Assembly: GCA_963700285.1 (NCBI GenBank)
Contig: CAVOXA010000005.1
Location: forward strand, 160,001-224,000
Source: an uncultured Chloroflexia bacterium
GTDB lineage: Bacteria; Chloroflexota; Anaerolineae; JAAYZQ01
Length of the DNA stretch: 64,000 nt
Reading direction: 5' to 3'
This document shows, one piece after another, positions 48,526-58,246 of the stretch (positions within the stretch are counted from its first letter, which is position 1; every line of letters starts with the position of its first letter). Both the position numbers and the translations under genes were made by a program. The notes beneath the pieces were generated by a model. It searched no databases. It worked only from the letters and a program-made list of their open reading frames with translations, and was not told the DNA's origin.

Positions 48526-49290
48526 TTATCCGCTCCCCCACTCCTGGCGGCGGTACAGCTCGTCGGGACGGGTGTGGATGCGGGCTACGGCTTCTGGGCT
48601 CAAAAAGTGGAGGCCGCCCAGCGCGTAGGCGCCAATGATGACCCGGGCCGTCTTGACGTACATGGCCGTGATGTTCTCCACTTCGGACGCCGTCTTGCCA
48701 AAGGCGATGAGGCCGTGGTTCTGCATCAAGAGCACCTTGGGGACCTCACGGTACTCATTGAGGTATGCGTCGATGGCGTCGCGCACGGCCTGGGCCAGAG
48801 GCAGGCCGGGATCGGTGTAGGGCACGTAGACAGGAGCCAAACCGCAATAGACGATCTCATCGGGGAAGAGGCGTCCGGCGATGGCCTCCTCCGCCTTCTG
48901 TGAACAGAGGATGGCATTGACGGCGGTGGGGTGGGTGTGGCCCACAAAGTTGACTCCCTCCAGGCGCAGCGCCAGGGCATGCAGCACGGTTTCCACCGAA
49001 GGCCGGGCCGTCGCTTCGGGGTCAACGCGGGCCGCTTCCAGGCCGGCCCTGACCTCGTCGTCGCCCAGCTCGTCCGCTTCCAACAGGGATAGCACCCGGT
49101 CGAATCGAACTCGAACCAGGCCGCTGGCCTCGATGGTGCGCATCTCAGCGCCGCTGGCCTTCACCCAGAAGGTATCGGCATCCGCTTGCGCCGACGAATT
49201 GCCTTCACCCAACATGGCATAATCGTTGGCCGGGTCGCCCAGGTTTCGCGACATGGCGATCAGTTGTTCAAGGATCTGGTTGTTTGTCAT
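48526..49290 (-). CDS. Class II aldolase/adducin family, probable rhamnulose-1-P aldolase
   Basis: GEGNSS, KASG, RPSVET, HTHP, NHG. Confidence 0.85.
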   Translation of the reverse strand: MTNNQILEQLIAMSRNLGDPANDYAMLGEGNSSAQADADTFWVKASGAEMRTIEASGLVRVRFDRVLSLLEADELGDDEVRAGLEAARVDPEATARPSVETVLHALALRLEGVNFVGHTHPTAVNAILCSQKAEEAIAGRLFPDEIVYCGLAPVYVPYTDPGLPLAQAVRDAIDAYLNEYREVPKVLLMQNHGLIAFGKTASEVENITAMYVKTARVIIGAYALGGLHFLSPEAVARIHTRPDELYRRQEWGSG

Positions 49291-49441
49291 GGCTGTCTAT
49301 TCCTCTATGTTGGTAGAATCGGTTCGGACTGGTCCCTGTCTCGCCGGGTGGCTACGAATCCGTGTGCCCAGGCGCGGGTCACGGACCCGCGCCGAGCAGT
49401 TCAGGGATCAGGGCACGCGGCAGATTCAGAGCACCGAGGCG

Positions 49442-50726
49442 TTAGACCCGTCCTGCTAGTTCCTGCTTCTCGTAGGCCTTGATCTCGTCCATGAAGCCAA
49501 AGCCAACCGGCACATCCTGCTGCAGGCAGTAGGCAGTCCCAGACCGCGCCAAAGGGCAGGCCCTTTAGTTCTTCCAGCAGCGCCAGCCGGGCGGAATAGT
49601 CGCCGCCACGCTCCATCTCGCGCATCGTCTCGATGGGCTCCAGCAGGGCCAGCAGCAGGGCCCGCAGCGCGTTGCGCGTGCCGATGATCCAGGCCGCCAC
49701 GCGGTTGATGCTGGCGTCGAAAAAGTCCAGGCCGATGTGCACCCGCTCCAGGTAGTCGCCGCGCACGATCTCCTGCATGATGGCCTGCAGCTCGTCGGTG
49801 AGGGTGACCACGTGGTCGCTGTCCCAGCGCACGCCGCGGCTGACGTGCAGCAGCACCTCGTCGACATAGAGCAGCACCGCCGAGAGCTTGTCCGAGATGA
49901 CCTCGGTGGGGTGGAAATGCCCGCTGTCCAGGCAGAGCAGCACGCTCGATTGGCTCGACGGCGTAGCCCAGGTAGAACTCGTGCGAGCCGACGACATAGC
50001 TCTCCGAGCCGAGGCCAAAGAGCTTGCACTCCACGGCGTCCAGGTTGTAGCTGGGCTCGATGCGCTCGGCCAGGATGGCGTCCAGCGACTCTTTGAGCAG
50101 CCGGCGCGGCGTCTTGCGATCCACCGGCGTGTCCTTGAAGCCGTCGGGGATCCAGATGTTGGTCACGCAGGGCGTGCCCAGCTCCCGGCCAAAGTGCTCG
50201 CCGATCTTGCGGCAGGCGATGCAGTGCTCGATCCAGAACTGGCGGACGCCCGCGTCATAGCTGGCCAGCGTAAAGCCGTCGTCGGCCAGGGGATGCGAGA
50301 AAAAGGTCGGGTTAAAATCGAGGCCGTGGTCGTTGTCCCTGGCCCAGTCGACCCAGCCGGCAAAGTGCTCGGGCTGGAGCTCGTTGCGCTCGACCTGCTT
50401 GCCGCCCGTCTCGGCATAGATGGCGTGCAGGTTGAGCCGGTGCGTGCCGGGGATGAGGCTGTAGGCCATGTCCAGGTCGCCGCGCAGCTCGTCGGCGTTG
50501 CGCGCCTTGCCCGGATAGTTGCCGGTGGCGGCGATGCCGCCGCTCAGCTCGGCGTCGGGCGATCTCGAAGCCGGCGACGTCGTCGCCCTGCCAGCAGTGC
50601 AGGCTGATGGGGATCCGGGCCAGGGCCGCCAGCGCCTGCGTCGGTGTCGACGCCCAGCGCGGCGTAGCGCTCCCTGGCCAGGGCGTAGGCGCTCTGTATC
50701 TGTCCTTCTGTGGGTTGGTTGCTCAA
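49442..50726 (-). CDS. rhaA: L-rhamnose isomerase, frameshifted
   Basis: [62 protein letters not shown]. Confidence 0.92.
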
Positions 50727-50770
50727 TGCGTAATCTCCTGAGTTGCGTATCTTGCGGCTGGCCTTCTCGC

Positions 50771-50825
50771 TTCAGACTTCCGAAGTTGCGAACCTGCGGT
50801 TCGTTCAAAACTCCGGAAGTCTGAA
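50771..50825. repeat. REP-like hairpin with side loop
   Basis: TTCAGACTTCCGAAGTT-GCGAACCTGCGGTTCGT-TCAA-AACTCCGGAAGTCTGAA. Confidence 0.75.
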
Positions 50826-50831
50826 GTGCTG

Positions 50832-51935
50832 CTAACCATAGACCCCATGTTTCTTCACCGCGGCGATAAAGGTCTCGACATTCTCCATCGAGGTATCCGA
50901 CTGGATGATGTGGGCCGGGGAGCACATGTAGCCGCCGCCTTCTCCCAGTACCCGGATCTTTTCGGCGACGTCGGCCTCGATCTCCTCGGGAGGAACCGTA
51001 GGGCAAGAGGTGCTGCTGGTCGATGGCCCCCCAGAAGGAGAGGCTGTCGCCGAACTGGCTCTTGAGATCCTCTGGCTCGTGGCCGGGCACGTTGGGCTGG
51101 ACCGGGTTGAATACTTCCAGGCCGACCTCGATCCAGTCTCCCAGAATGGGGGCTACCGCGCCGTCGCAGTGCTGCATGATCATCAGGTTGGGGTTGACCG
51201 ACTTTAGTTCGGAATAGATCTCTCGGTAGGGCTCTTTGAAGTACTTGCGCCACATCCTGGGTGAGATGAGCATGCCGTTCTGGCCCCCAAAGTCGTCCCC
51301 GGCCCAGACGCCGTCGACACCCATCGAGACCAGCTTCTTGCCGATGGCCAACGAAAAGTTTTTTGTCTTTTCGATCAATGCCGGTACATAGTCCTTGCCC
51401 ATGGCCATGTCGATCAGCAGCTTTTCCATGCCCACCGCCAGGTGCATCAGGTCGAACATGGACAGCTCCATGTCACCGATGACAAAGTACTCGCCCCCGT
51501 ACTTTTCGATGTACATGGCCGCGTCGTCGTAGCGGCCCTCGGCCAGGGGATCTGGGAATTCGAATGCCTCCACGTCCGCGGCCGTCTCAAAGTGGGCCAT
51601 GGGCGGGGGGGCAACGACCTCCATGTAGACGGGCCCCTGGCGCAGCCTCATCTTGAACTCGTTGATGACATAACCATCGTCATCGATGGGATGTTCGTAG
51701 CCCCGGGGCAGGCAGCGCCGACGATGACACAGTCGCTGCCCATGGCCACGCGCAGTTCGTTGGCTGACAGGCGGTAGGTAAGGTCCTCGTAGCAGGCGGC
51801 GGTATAGTGCACGGGTATGCCGAGCTTGGCTCCAAAGGCGTCCAGCAGCGAGCGGCACAGATCAAACTGCAGGGGCACCCGATCGGTTGTACCCGTTCGC
51901 CGCAATGCTGTCAATACACGTTCTTTTGAGTTCAT
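50832..51935 (-). CDS. Uroporphyrinogen-decarboxylase/MtaA superfamily protein, frameshifted
   Basis: MNSKERV...DRVP, GDDFGGQ, HCDG, NPVQP, FWGAID, GGGY...AHIIQ. Confidence 0.85.
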
Positions 51936-52001
51936 GCTGTGTCCTCCCTTTGATGGAGACGTGCAACGCACGTTGCAACGTACGTTGCACGGGTGCTTGG
52001 G

Positions 52002-52325
52002 TCAATCCAGGTGAAAGACTTCCTGCAACTCGATCATGCTCTCGTCGGCGTGGGCGCCGTCCAAGCCTTCAAAGTAGGGCGCCATGAAATCCTGCCATTT
52101 GGCATTCACCTCTTCCTCCGCCATCCCATCCAGCGCGGCCTGAAAGCCTTCCGGCGTCTCAAAGTAGCCAAAGAGCAGGCCGTCGTCCCGCAAGAAGAGG
52201 GAGTAGTTGTGCCAGCCGGTCCGCCGCAGGGCATCGAGCATTTCAGGCCAGACTGCTTCGTGGTGCTCTCTGTATTCCTCCAGTTTGTCTTCCTTCACTT
52301 TGAGCAAAAACCCCACCCGCTTCAT
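52002..52325 (-). CDS. rhaM: L-rhamnose mutarotase
   Basis: YREHHEAVWPEM, HNYSLFL, LFGYFE, EVFHLD. Confidence 0.92.
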   Translation of the reverse strand: MKRVGFLLKVKEDKLEEYREHHEAVWPEMLDALRRTGWHNYSLFLRDDGLLFGYFETPEGFQAALDGMAEEEVNAKWQDFMAPYFEGLDGAHADESMIELQEVFHLD

Positions 52326-52560
52326 CTCGTTCTTCTCCTTAATGGCCTACGCTGGGGAACGAATCTTGCCCCTGGCGCAGATCACCTGAGCGCTCGGAGC
52401 GGGTCCGTGCCCCGCGCAGCCTGTCGCGCAGGTGCAGCCCGGCCAGGTTGCGGACCTGGCCTGAGCGGCAAGGAGACCCAGAGGGCATCCAGGGAACCTG
52501 GAGCGGAGGTGTTCTGCAGTCGTACGGTTGGGTACAGGCCTCGACCGTCAATCCAGCCTC

Positions 52561-53547
52561 CTACTCTCTGCTCATTACCTCCAGCACTGCGTCAATGATG
52601 TCCTGCTCTTTCGGCAGAGCCTCCAGCTCCAGCGGGCCGCTGTAGGGCAGGGGCACATCCTCAGTGGCGACCTGCATGATGGGTGCGTCCAGCCAGTCGA
52701 AGGCTTCTCGCTGCACCCGAGCGGCTACCTCCGCCGTGAAGCCGCCGGTCAGGTGCCCCTCGTTGACCACGACCAAGCGCCCGGTCTTTTGCACTGAGTG
52801 AATGATGGGCTCCATGCCCAGGGGCTTGAGCGTGCGGGGATCGATGACTTCGGCCTCGATCCCGTGGTTGGCCAGGTACTCTGCCGCATTCAGGGCAAAG
52901 AGCACCATGCGCGACGTGGCGACGATGGTCACATCTCGGCCGGCGCGCTTGACGTCGGCCACGCCGATAGGGATCAGGTACTCCTCGTCAGGCACGGGCC
53001 CGGTGCTGTTGTAGAGCAGCTTGTGTTCAAGAAAGACCACCGGATCGTCATTGCGGATGGCTGACTTGAGCAATCCCTTGGCGTCGTAGGGCGTGGCAGG
53101 CTGGATGACGATCAGGCCCGGGATGTGGACGTACCACATCTCCAGGGACTGGGAGTGCTGGGCGGCATTGCCGCGCCCACCTCCACCCTGGGCGCGTACG
53201 ACCATTGGTACCTGGGCCTTGCCCCCAAACATGTAGCGGGCTTTGGCCGCCTGGTTGACGATCTGGTCCATGGCCAGGGTGCTGAAATCGACGTAGAGGA
53301 TCTCGACGACGGGGCGCAGCCCGGTCATGGCCGCGCCCACGGCGATGCCGGTAAAGCCCGCCTCAGAGATGGGTGTGTCGCGTACCCGCTTCTCGCCGAA
53401 CCTGTCGTACAGGTCCTTGGTGACCTGGAACGGGCCCCCGTAGCGGCCAATGTCCTCCCCAAATACGCAGATGGAAGGATCGCGGGCCATTTCCTCGTGC
53501 AGAGCCTCGTTGAGGGCATCCACGTAGCGCAGTTCACGCATGGTCAT
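52561..53547 (-). CDS. TPP-dependent dehydrogenase E1 beta (AcoB/PdhB-like)
   Basis: [27 protein letters not shown]. Confidence 0.92.
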   Translation of the reverse strand: MTMRELRYVDALNEALHEEMARDPSICVFGEDIGRYGGPFQVTKDLYDRFGEKRVRDTPISEAGFTGIAVGAAMTGLRPVVEILYVDFSTLAMDQIVNQAAKARYMFGGKAQVPMVVRAQGGGGRGNAAQHSQSLEMWYVHIPGLIVIQPATPYDAKGLLKSAIRNDDPVVFLEHKLLYNSTGPVPDEEYLIPIGVADVKRAGRDVTIVATSRMVLFALNAAEYLANHGIEAEVIDPRTLKPLGMEPIIHSVQKTGRLVVVNEGHLTGGFTAEVAARVQREAFDWLDAPIMQVATEDVPLPYSGPLELEALPKEQDIIDAVLEVMSRE

Positions 53548-54572
53548 GATGCCCCCTTGGTCCCCACGCTCTCTGCCCGCCAGGCATAGACATCCTCCCA
53601 GAGCGCCTCGGTCTCGGGCTCAGGGCTACTGGCAGCATACTGCACGGCGTCCTCGATGTCATCGCCGGCCTTTGTGCGGAGGGACTCGAGCTCATCGGCG
53701 GTGAAACCGGCCTCGTTCACCAGGCGCTGGCCAAAACGGCTGATGGGGTCGCGGTCCGGCGCCTGCCACGCTTCGGCCTCGCCCTTGGGGCGATAGGTGA
53801 GCGGGTCGCCGACGGTGTGGCCTTCGATGCGGTAGGTCTGGGCTACCAGCAGGCTGGGTCCCTCGCCACCGCGCGCCCGCTGGGCGGCTTCCCTGACGGC
53901 GTCATAGACCGCCAGCACGTCGTTGCCATCGACGGTGGCGCCAGGCAGGCCAAAGGCCTGGGCCCTGGTCTCGATCTGATCGACGGCGATGAAGGGCAGG
54001 CTGGGGCTGAACTCGGCGTACTTGTTCTCCTCGCAGAGGTAGATAACCGGCAGCTTCCACAGCGCGGCCATGTTGGCCACCTCCATCAAGAGCCCCTGGT
54101 TGCTGGCCCCATCGCCAAAGAAACAGACGGCGATCTGGCCAGAGCCGCGCAGATCGGCGGAAAAGGCCGCGCCGGTGGCGATGCCCATCCCACCGCCAAC
54201 GATACCGTTGGCGCCCAGGATGCCTAGGTCCAGGTCGGCGATGTGCATCGAGCCGCCTTTGCCCTTGCAGTAGCCCGTGGTGCGGCCCAGCAGCTCGGCC
54301 ATCATCCGCTTCGGATCGCCGCCCTTGGCCAGGCAGTGCCCGTGGCCGCGATGGGTGCTGGTGATATAATCATCTCGCTTGAGGGCGGCGCAGGCGCCCA
54401 CGGCGATGGCCTCCTCGCCGATGTAGGCGTGGGTGGTCCCCCGGATCATGTCCTGCCGGTAGAGGGCCATGGCATTCTGGTCAAAGTAGCGGATCAGCCA
54501 CATGCGATGGTACAGGCCTGCCAGCCTGTCCCGGCTGAGCCCAGACAAGGTACCAGCGGATTGTAGATTCAT
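53544..54572 (-). CDS. TPP-dependent dehydrogenase E1 alpha (AcoA/PdhA-like)
   Basis: [32 protein letters not shown]. Confidence 0.92.
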   Translation of the reverse strand: MNLQSAGTLSGLSRDRLAGLYHRMWLIRYFDQNAMALYRQDMIRGTTHAYIGEEAIAVGACAALKRDDYITSTHRGHGHCLAKGGDPKRMMAELLGRTTGYCKGKGGSMHIADLDLGILGANGIVGGGMGIATGAAFSADLRGSGQIAVCFFGDGASNQGLLMEVANMAALWKLPVIYLCEENKYAEFSPSLPFIAVDQIETRAQAFGLPGATVDGNDVLAVYDAVREAAQRARGGEGPSLLVAQTYRIEGHTVGDPLTYRPKGEAEAWQAPDRDPISRFGQRLVNEAGFTADELESLRTKAGDDIEDAVQYAASSPEPETEALWEDVYAWRAESVGTKGAS

Positions 54573-55315
54573 CGGTAGTAGAGCCCGCCGTTGATGTCGA
54601 GGGTGGCCCCGGTGACAAAGGCCGCCCCGTCGGAGACCAGGTAGCGGACTGCCGCAGCGACCTCCTCCGGTTGCCCATACCGCCCCAGGTCGATGGCTTG
54701 GATGAGTTCGGCCTGGATCTCTTCTGACCAGCCCACTGTCATGTCGCTGGCGATGGTGCCGGGCGCCACACAATTCACGGTCACCCCGTCGGCGGCCAGC
54801 ATCTGGGCCAGCGACTTGCTGAGGCCGATCAGGCCCGCCTTGGAAGCGGAATAGTGGACCCCAACGGTGACCCCTCCCGACTGGCCGGCTACGGAGGCCA
54901 TGTTCACGATCCGGCCCCCCTGGACGCTCTGGCGCAGATAGGGCAGGGCAGCCTGGCAGCAGAAAAAAGCCCCTCTCAGGTTGATGTCGAGCATGCGGTC
55001 CCACTCGTCCTCTGTGATGTCGGCGATCCCCGTCAGAGCACAGATCCCAGCGTTGTTGACCAGGATATCCAGACCCCCGAAATGCTCGACCGTCAACTCC
55101 ACGGCACGCTGTACGTCCTCCAAACGCCTGACGTCGGCCGTTACGGCCAGGGCTTGGTCGCCGATGGAGCGGGCTGCTGCTTGCAGGACTGCGGGGTCTA
55201 TGTCTATCAGGGCTACCCCGGCCCCATCGGTGGCCAACGCCTCGGCGATAGCCAGGCCAATGCCTCTGCCGGCGCCCGTGATGAATGCAGTCCGTCCTGC
55301 CAATTCATGGTTCAA
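54569..55315 (-). CDS. SDR oxidoreductase
   Basis: TGAGRGIG, NNAG, YSASK. Confidence 0.9.
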   Translation of the reverse strand: MNHELAGRTAFITGAGRGIGLAIAEALATDGAGVALIDIDPAVLQAAARSIGDQALAVTADVRRLEDVQRAVELTVEHFGGLDILVNNAGICALTGIADITEDEWDRMLDINLRGAFFCCQAALPYLRQSVQGGRIVNMASVAGQSGGVTVGVHYSASKAGLIGLSKSLAQMLAADGVTVNCVAPGTIASDMTVGWSEEIQAELIQAIDLGRYGQPEEVAAAVRYLVSDGAAFVTGATLDINGGLYYR

Positions 55316-55335
55316 CGTATCCTCCCCGTCATTCC

Positions 55336-55707
55336 CTACGCCTTGCCGGGATCGTAGGCACCCGGGACTACGGGCGGCGAAAACAGGGTCACAACCCTCA
55401 GGGTCTGCTCGCCATCGGCGCGGATCTGGTGGGGCAGGCCCGGCGGGATAAAGACGGCCGCGCCGGGGATCATGGCCACCTCCTGGTCGCCGGCGATGAT
55501 GGCGCCCTCGCCAGAGATGACGTACAGGATCTCTTCCTGGGTGTCGTGGGTGTGGGGCGAGGCCAGCGTGCCGCCGGGAAAGTCGGCCAGGCCAAAGGTC
55601 AGGTTTTGGGTCTGGCAGTTCTGCGGCCCCAGCATATAGAACCAGTCGCGGCCAGGAAGATTGTATACAGTACAATTGTCAATGTGAGCGGATTCCAGTT
55701 TCGGCAT
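55336..55707 (-). CDS. Cupin-domain protein
   Basis: PHTHDTQEEILYVISG, IPPGLPH. Confidence 0.85.
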   Translation of the reverse strand: MPKLESAHIDNCTVYNLPGRDWFYMLGPQNCQTQNLTFGLADFPGGTLASPHTHDTQEEILYVISGEGAIIAGDQEVAMIPGAAVFIPPGLPHQIRADGEQTLRVVTLFSPPVVPGAYDPGKA

Positions 55708-55772
55708 TCTAACCCTCAAAAAACGTATTGTGCTGGGCAAAGGTGCCCTTCAGTGTCGGCAAACCTGCCAGG

Positions 55773-56456
55773 TCAGGCCCAGCTTTGTACCAGGGCCCGT
55801 ACCTCTTTGTCTGCACCGCCGGCGAGAGGTACGCCGTGACCGGGACAGAGCAGATCAAAATCCAGCTCGGCCATGCGGCGCACAGAGTCCAGCGCCTGGT
55901 CCATATCCAGGGTGAATGCCTTCGGCGGCGGCCCCAGCTTGCCTCGACGATGGTCGATGGCGTCGCCGCAGATGAGCACGCCCTCCGAGGGCAGGTGCAG
56001 GGCGGTGGACCCCGGCGTGTGACCGGGCACGTGGACGACCGTAGCGCCGCCCAGCAGATCCAGGTGATCGCCATCCTGGACCACAATATCCACTGGCGCA
56101 GCCTCGGCCCGGGGCATCAGTGGCAGCCGCTCTAGCAGGCGCATCAGCGCGCCCGGTGGTGAAGGCTGGGTTTCTTCCCCAGAGATGAAGGGTGCTTCGG
56201 CGTGGTGGGCGATTACCTGAGCTGGTGTGTGCTGCCTGAGATCGGCCAGGCTGCCCACGTGGTCCAGGTGGTTGTGGGTGATCACAATGCGGGCCAGGTC
56301 CTCCGCAGACAGGCCCAAACTCTCGATATAGCCCAGAATCAAATCGCATTGGCCTGGCATGCCTGCATCGACCAGGGTCAATTCGCGGTCTAGCAGCAGA
56401 TAGACATTGGCCCCTCGGATACCGGGAATCTGGTGTACATTCGGGATGATCTCCAT
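55773..56456 (-). CDS. Metallo-beta-lactamase-fold hydrolase
   Basis: THNHLDHVG, PGHTPG, GD, PGHG. Confidence 0.9.
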   Translation of the reverse strand: MEIIPNVHQIPGIRGANVYLLLDRELTLVDAGMPGQCDLILGYIESLGLSAEDLARIVITHNHLDHVGSLADLRQHTPAQVIAHHAEAPFISGEETQPSPPGALMRLLERLPLMPRAEAAPVDIVVQDGDHLDLLGGATVVHVPGHTPGSTALHLPSEGVLICGDAIDHRRGKLGPPPKAFTLDMDQALDSVRRMAELDFDLLCPGHGVPLAGGADKEVRALVQSWA

Positions 56457-56470
56457 AACCAGCCTACCTA

Positions 56471-57257
56471 TCAATCGCCGACGATCACGCCGTCGGGATA
56501 CTTTTTCAGCAACAACGGGTCGTGCGGCGGCACAAAGATGTCGGCGTAGCGCGGACGCGCTCCATGGCCTCGTAGCACTCGACGATGTCCACGGCCAGGC
56601 CGATGGGGTGGTTCTTTTCCAGGTTCTCGTAGTAGAAGATGGTGTCGCCGGGAAAGACGGCCAGGCCCTCTTTGGTCTGGACGGTGAAGGCCTGGCTGCA
56701 CATGGTGTGGCCGCCGACGTAGAAGGCGCCGATGCCGGGCATGATCTCGGACGCCTCATCATCCACCAGGATCAGCCGGTCGCGGGCCTCGCTGGCAAAG
56801 TAGGCCAGCACGTCGCGCGGGAAGAGGATGTCGGGCGTCAGGGCTGGGTGGGGCGGGTCGAGCGTCAGGTGCCAGCCGGTGCGCGACACGACGAACTTGG
56901 CGTTGGGAAAGAGCTTGGCGTTGGAGCAGTGATCGTAGTGAAGATGAGTGATAAGGACAGTGTTCTACGTCAGCCGGGTCGATGCCCTCTTGTCGCAGGA
57001 GCAAGGGAATATTCTGCGTCTCCATGTCCATGCGGAAGCGTCCCCGGTCGCCCTACGCCGGCCACGACCAGCGGCTGGATCTCGTCGACGTCGCGCACGC
57101 CGGTGTCGACCAGGATCACCTTGCCGTCGTCGCGGCGCAGGACGAACAGAAAAAAATCGGCGGTCATCCACTCACCCCAGCGCGACATGAAAAACATCTG
57201 CGGGCCGGGCACGGACTGTTCGCAGTACTTGATCGCCTTGATGCTGTAGGTTGCCAT
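56471..57257 (-). CDS. Lactonase-like MBL-fold hydrolase, frameshifted
   Basis: LVDTG, THLHYDH, GGHT, GD, PHDP across frames. Confidence 0.8.
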
Positions 57258-57332
57258 CTTGCCTCCTGCTGCGTGGCGTGTTGCGTGTTTCGTGTTCTGC
57301 ACCAACACGAACACGCAATATGCAACACGTGC

Positions 57333-58094
57333 CTACTGCAGATTCACCGACGTGCCGCCGTCCACGACCAGCATCGACCCCGTGCACCAGGCCGAGTCGT
57401 CGCTGGCGAAAAAGAGTACCGGCCCGGCAATGTCCTCGGGTTGGCCCAGGCCGCCAATCGGACCTCGTTTCAGCCAGTAGTCACGGACCTCCGGGTCGGA
57501 CAGGGCCTCGCGGTTGATGTCGGTCTCGACGGTGCCGGGCAGGACGGCGTTGCAGGTGATGCCATGCGGTCCCAGCGAGATGGCCATCGATTTGACCAGG
57601 AGATTGATGCCGGCCTTGGATGCGCAGTAGTGGGCCTGTTGGCTGCCGCCAAACTCGGCCGAGATGGAGCTGACGGCGATGATGCGCCCCTTGATGCCCT
57701 TGCTCGACCATCACCCGCGCCACGGCCTGGGAGCAGAGAAAGTAGCCCTTCAGATTGACATCCAGCACCTGGTCCCACAGCGCTTCGCTCATCTCCAAAA
57801 AGTCTTCGAAAGGGGCAGATGGCGGCGTTGTTGACCAGGATGTCGATGCGGCCCCAGCGCTCCACCACCGCATCCACCATGGTCTGCACCTGGCGCTGTC
57901 GGAGACGTCGGTGGGCACAAACGATGGCCTGGCCCCCGGCTGCGCTCGATGAGGCGCACCGTCTCGCGGCCCATCTCTTCGTCCCGGCCGACGACGGCGA
58001 CGCGAGCGCCCTCTTGGCCAAAGCGTACGGCGATGGCCCGGCCGATGCCGCGCGTCGCCCCGGTGACGATGGCTACCTTGTCTTTCAGGCGCAT
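57333..58094 (-). CDS. SDR resembling L-rhamnose 1-dehydrogenases, frameshifted
   Basis: TGATRGIG, NNAAICPF, GGSQQAHYCASK, CNAVLPGTVETDIN. Confidence 0.75.
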
Positions 58095-58190
58095 GGTCGC
58101 TCCTCGATCTTGCATGGTTGGTGAGACGACTGTGGTGATGGTCAGGTACAAGCTTCCGCGCTCGTACCCTGAACCTTGGTGTCTGATAAC

Positions 58191-58241
58191 CAGACCTGAC
58201 AGGTCGCGAACCCTCGGTTCGTGGCAGACCTGTCAGGTCGG
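58191..58241. repeat. REP-like hairpin with side loop
   Basis: AGACCTGACAGGTC-GCGAACCCTCGGTTCGT-GGCA-GACCTGTCAGGTC. Confidence 0.75.
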
Positions 58242-58246
58242 TCGGG

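Noticed and set aside
49456-51858. 800-aa ORF fusing the URO-D protein and rhamnose isomerase
   Set aside because: Frameshift artefact. It reads through a REP hairpin, and each gene has its own stop or RBS in other frames.
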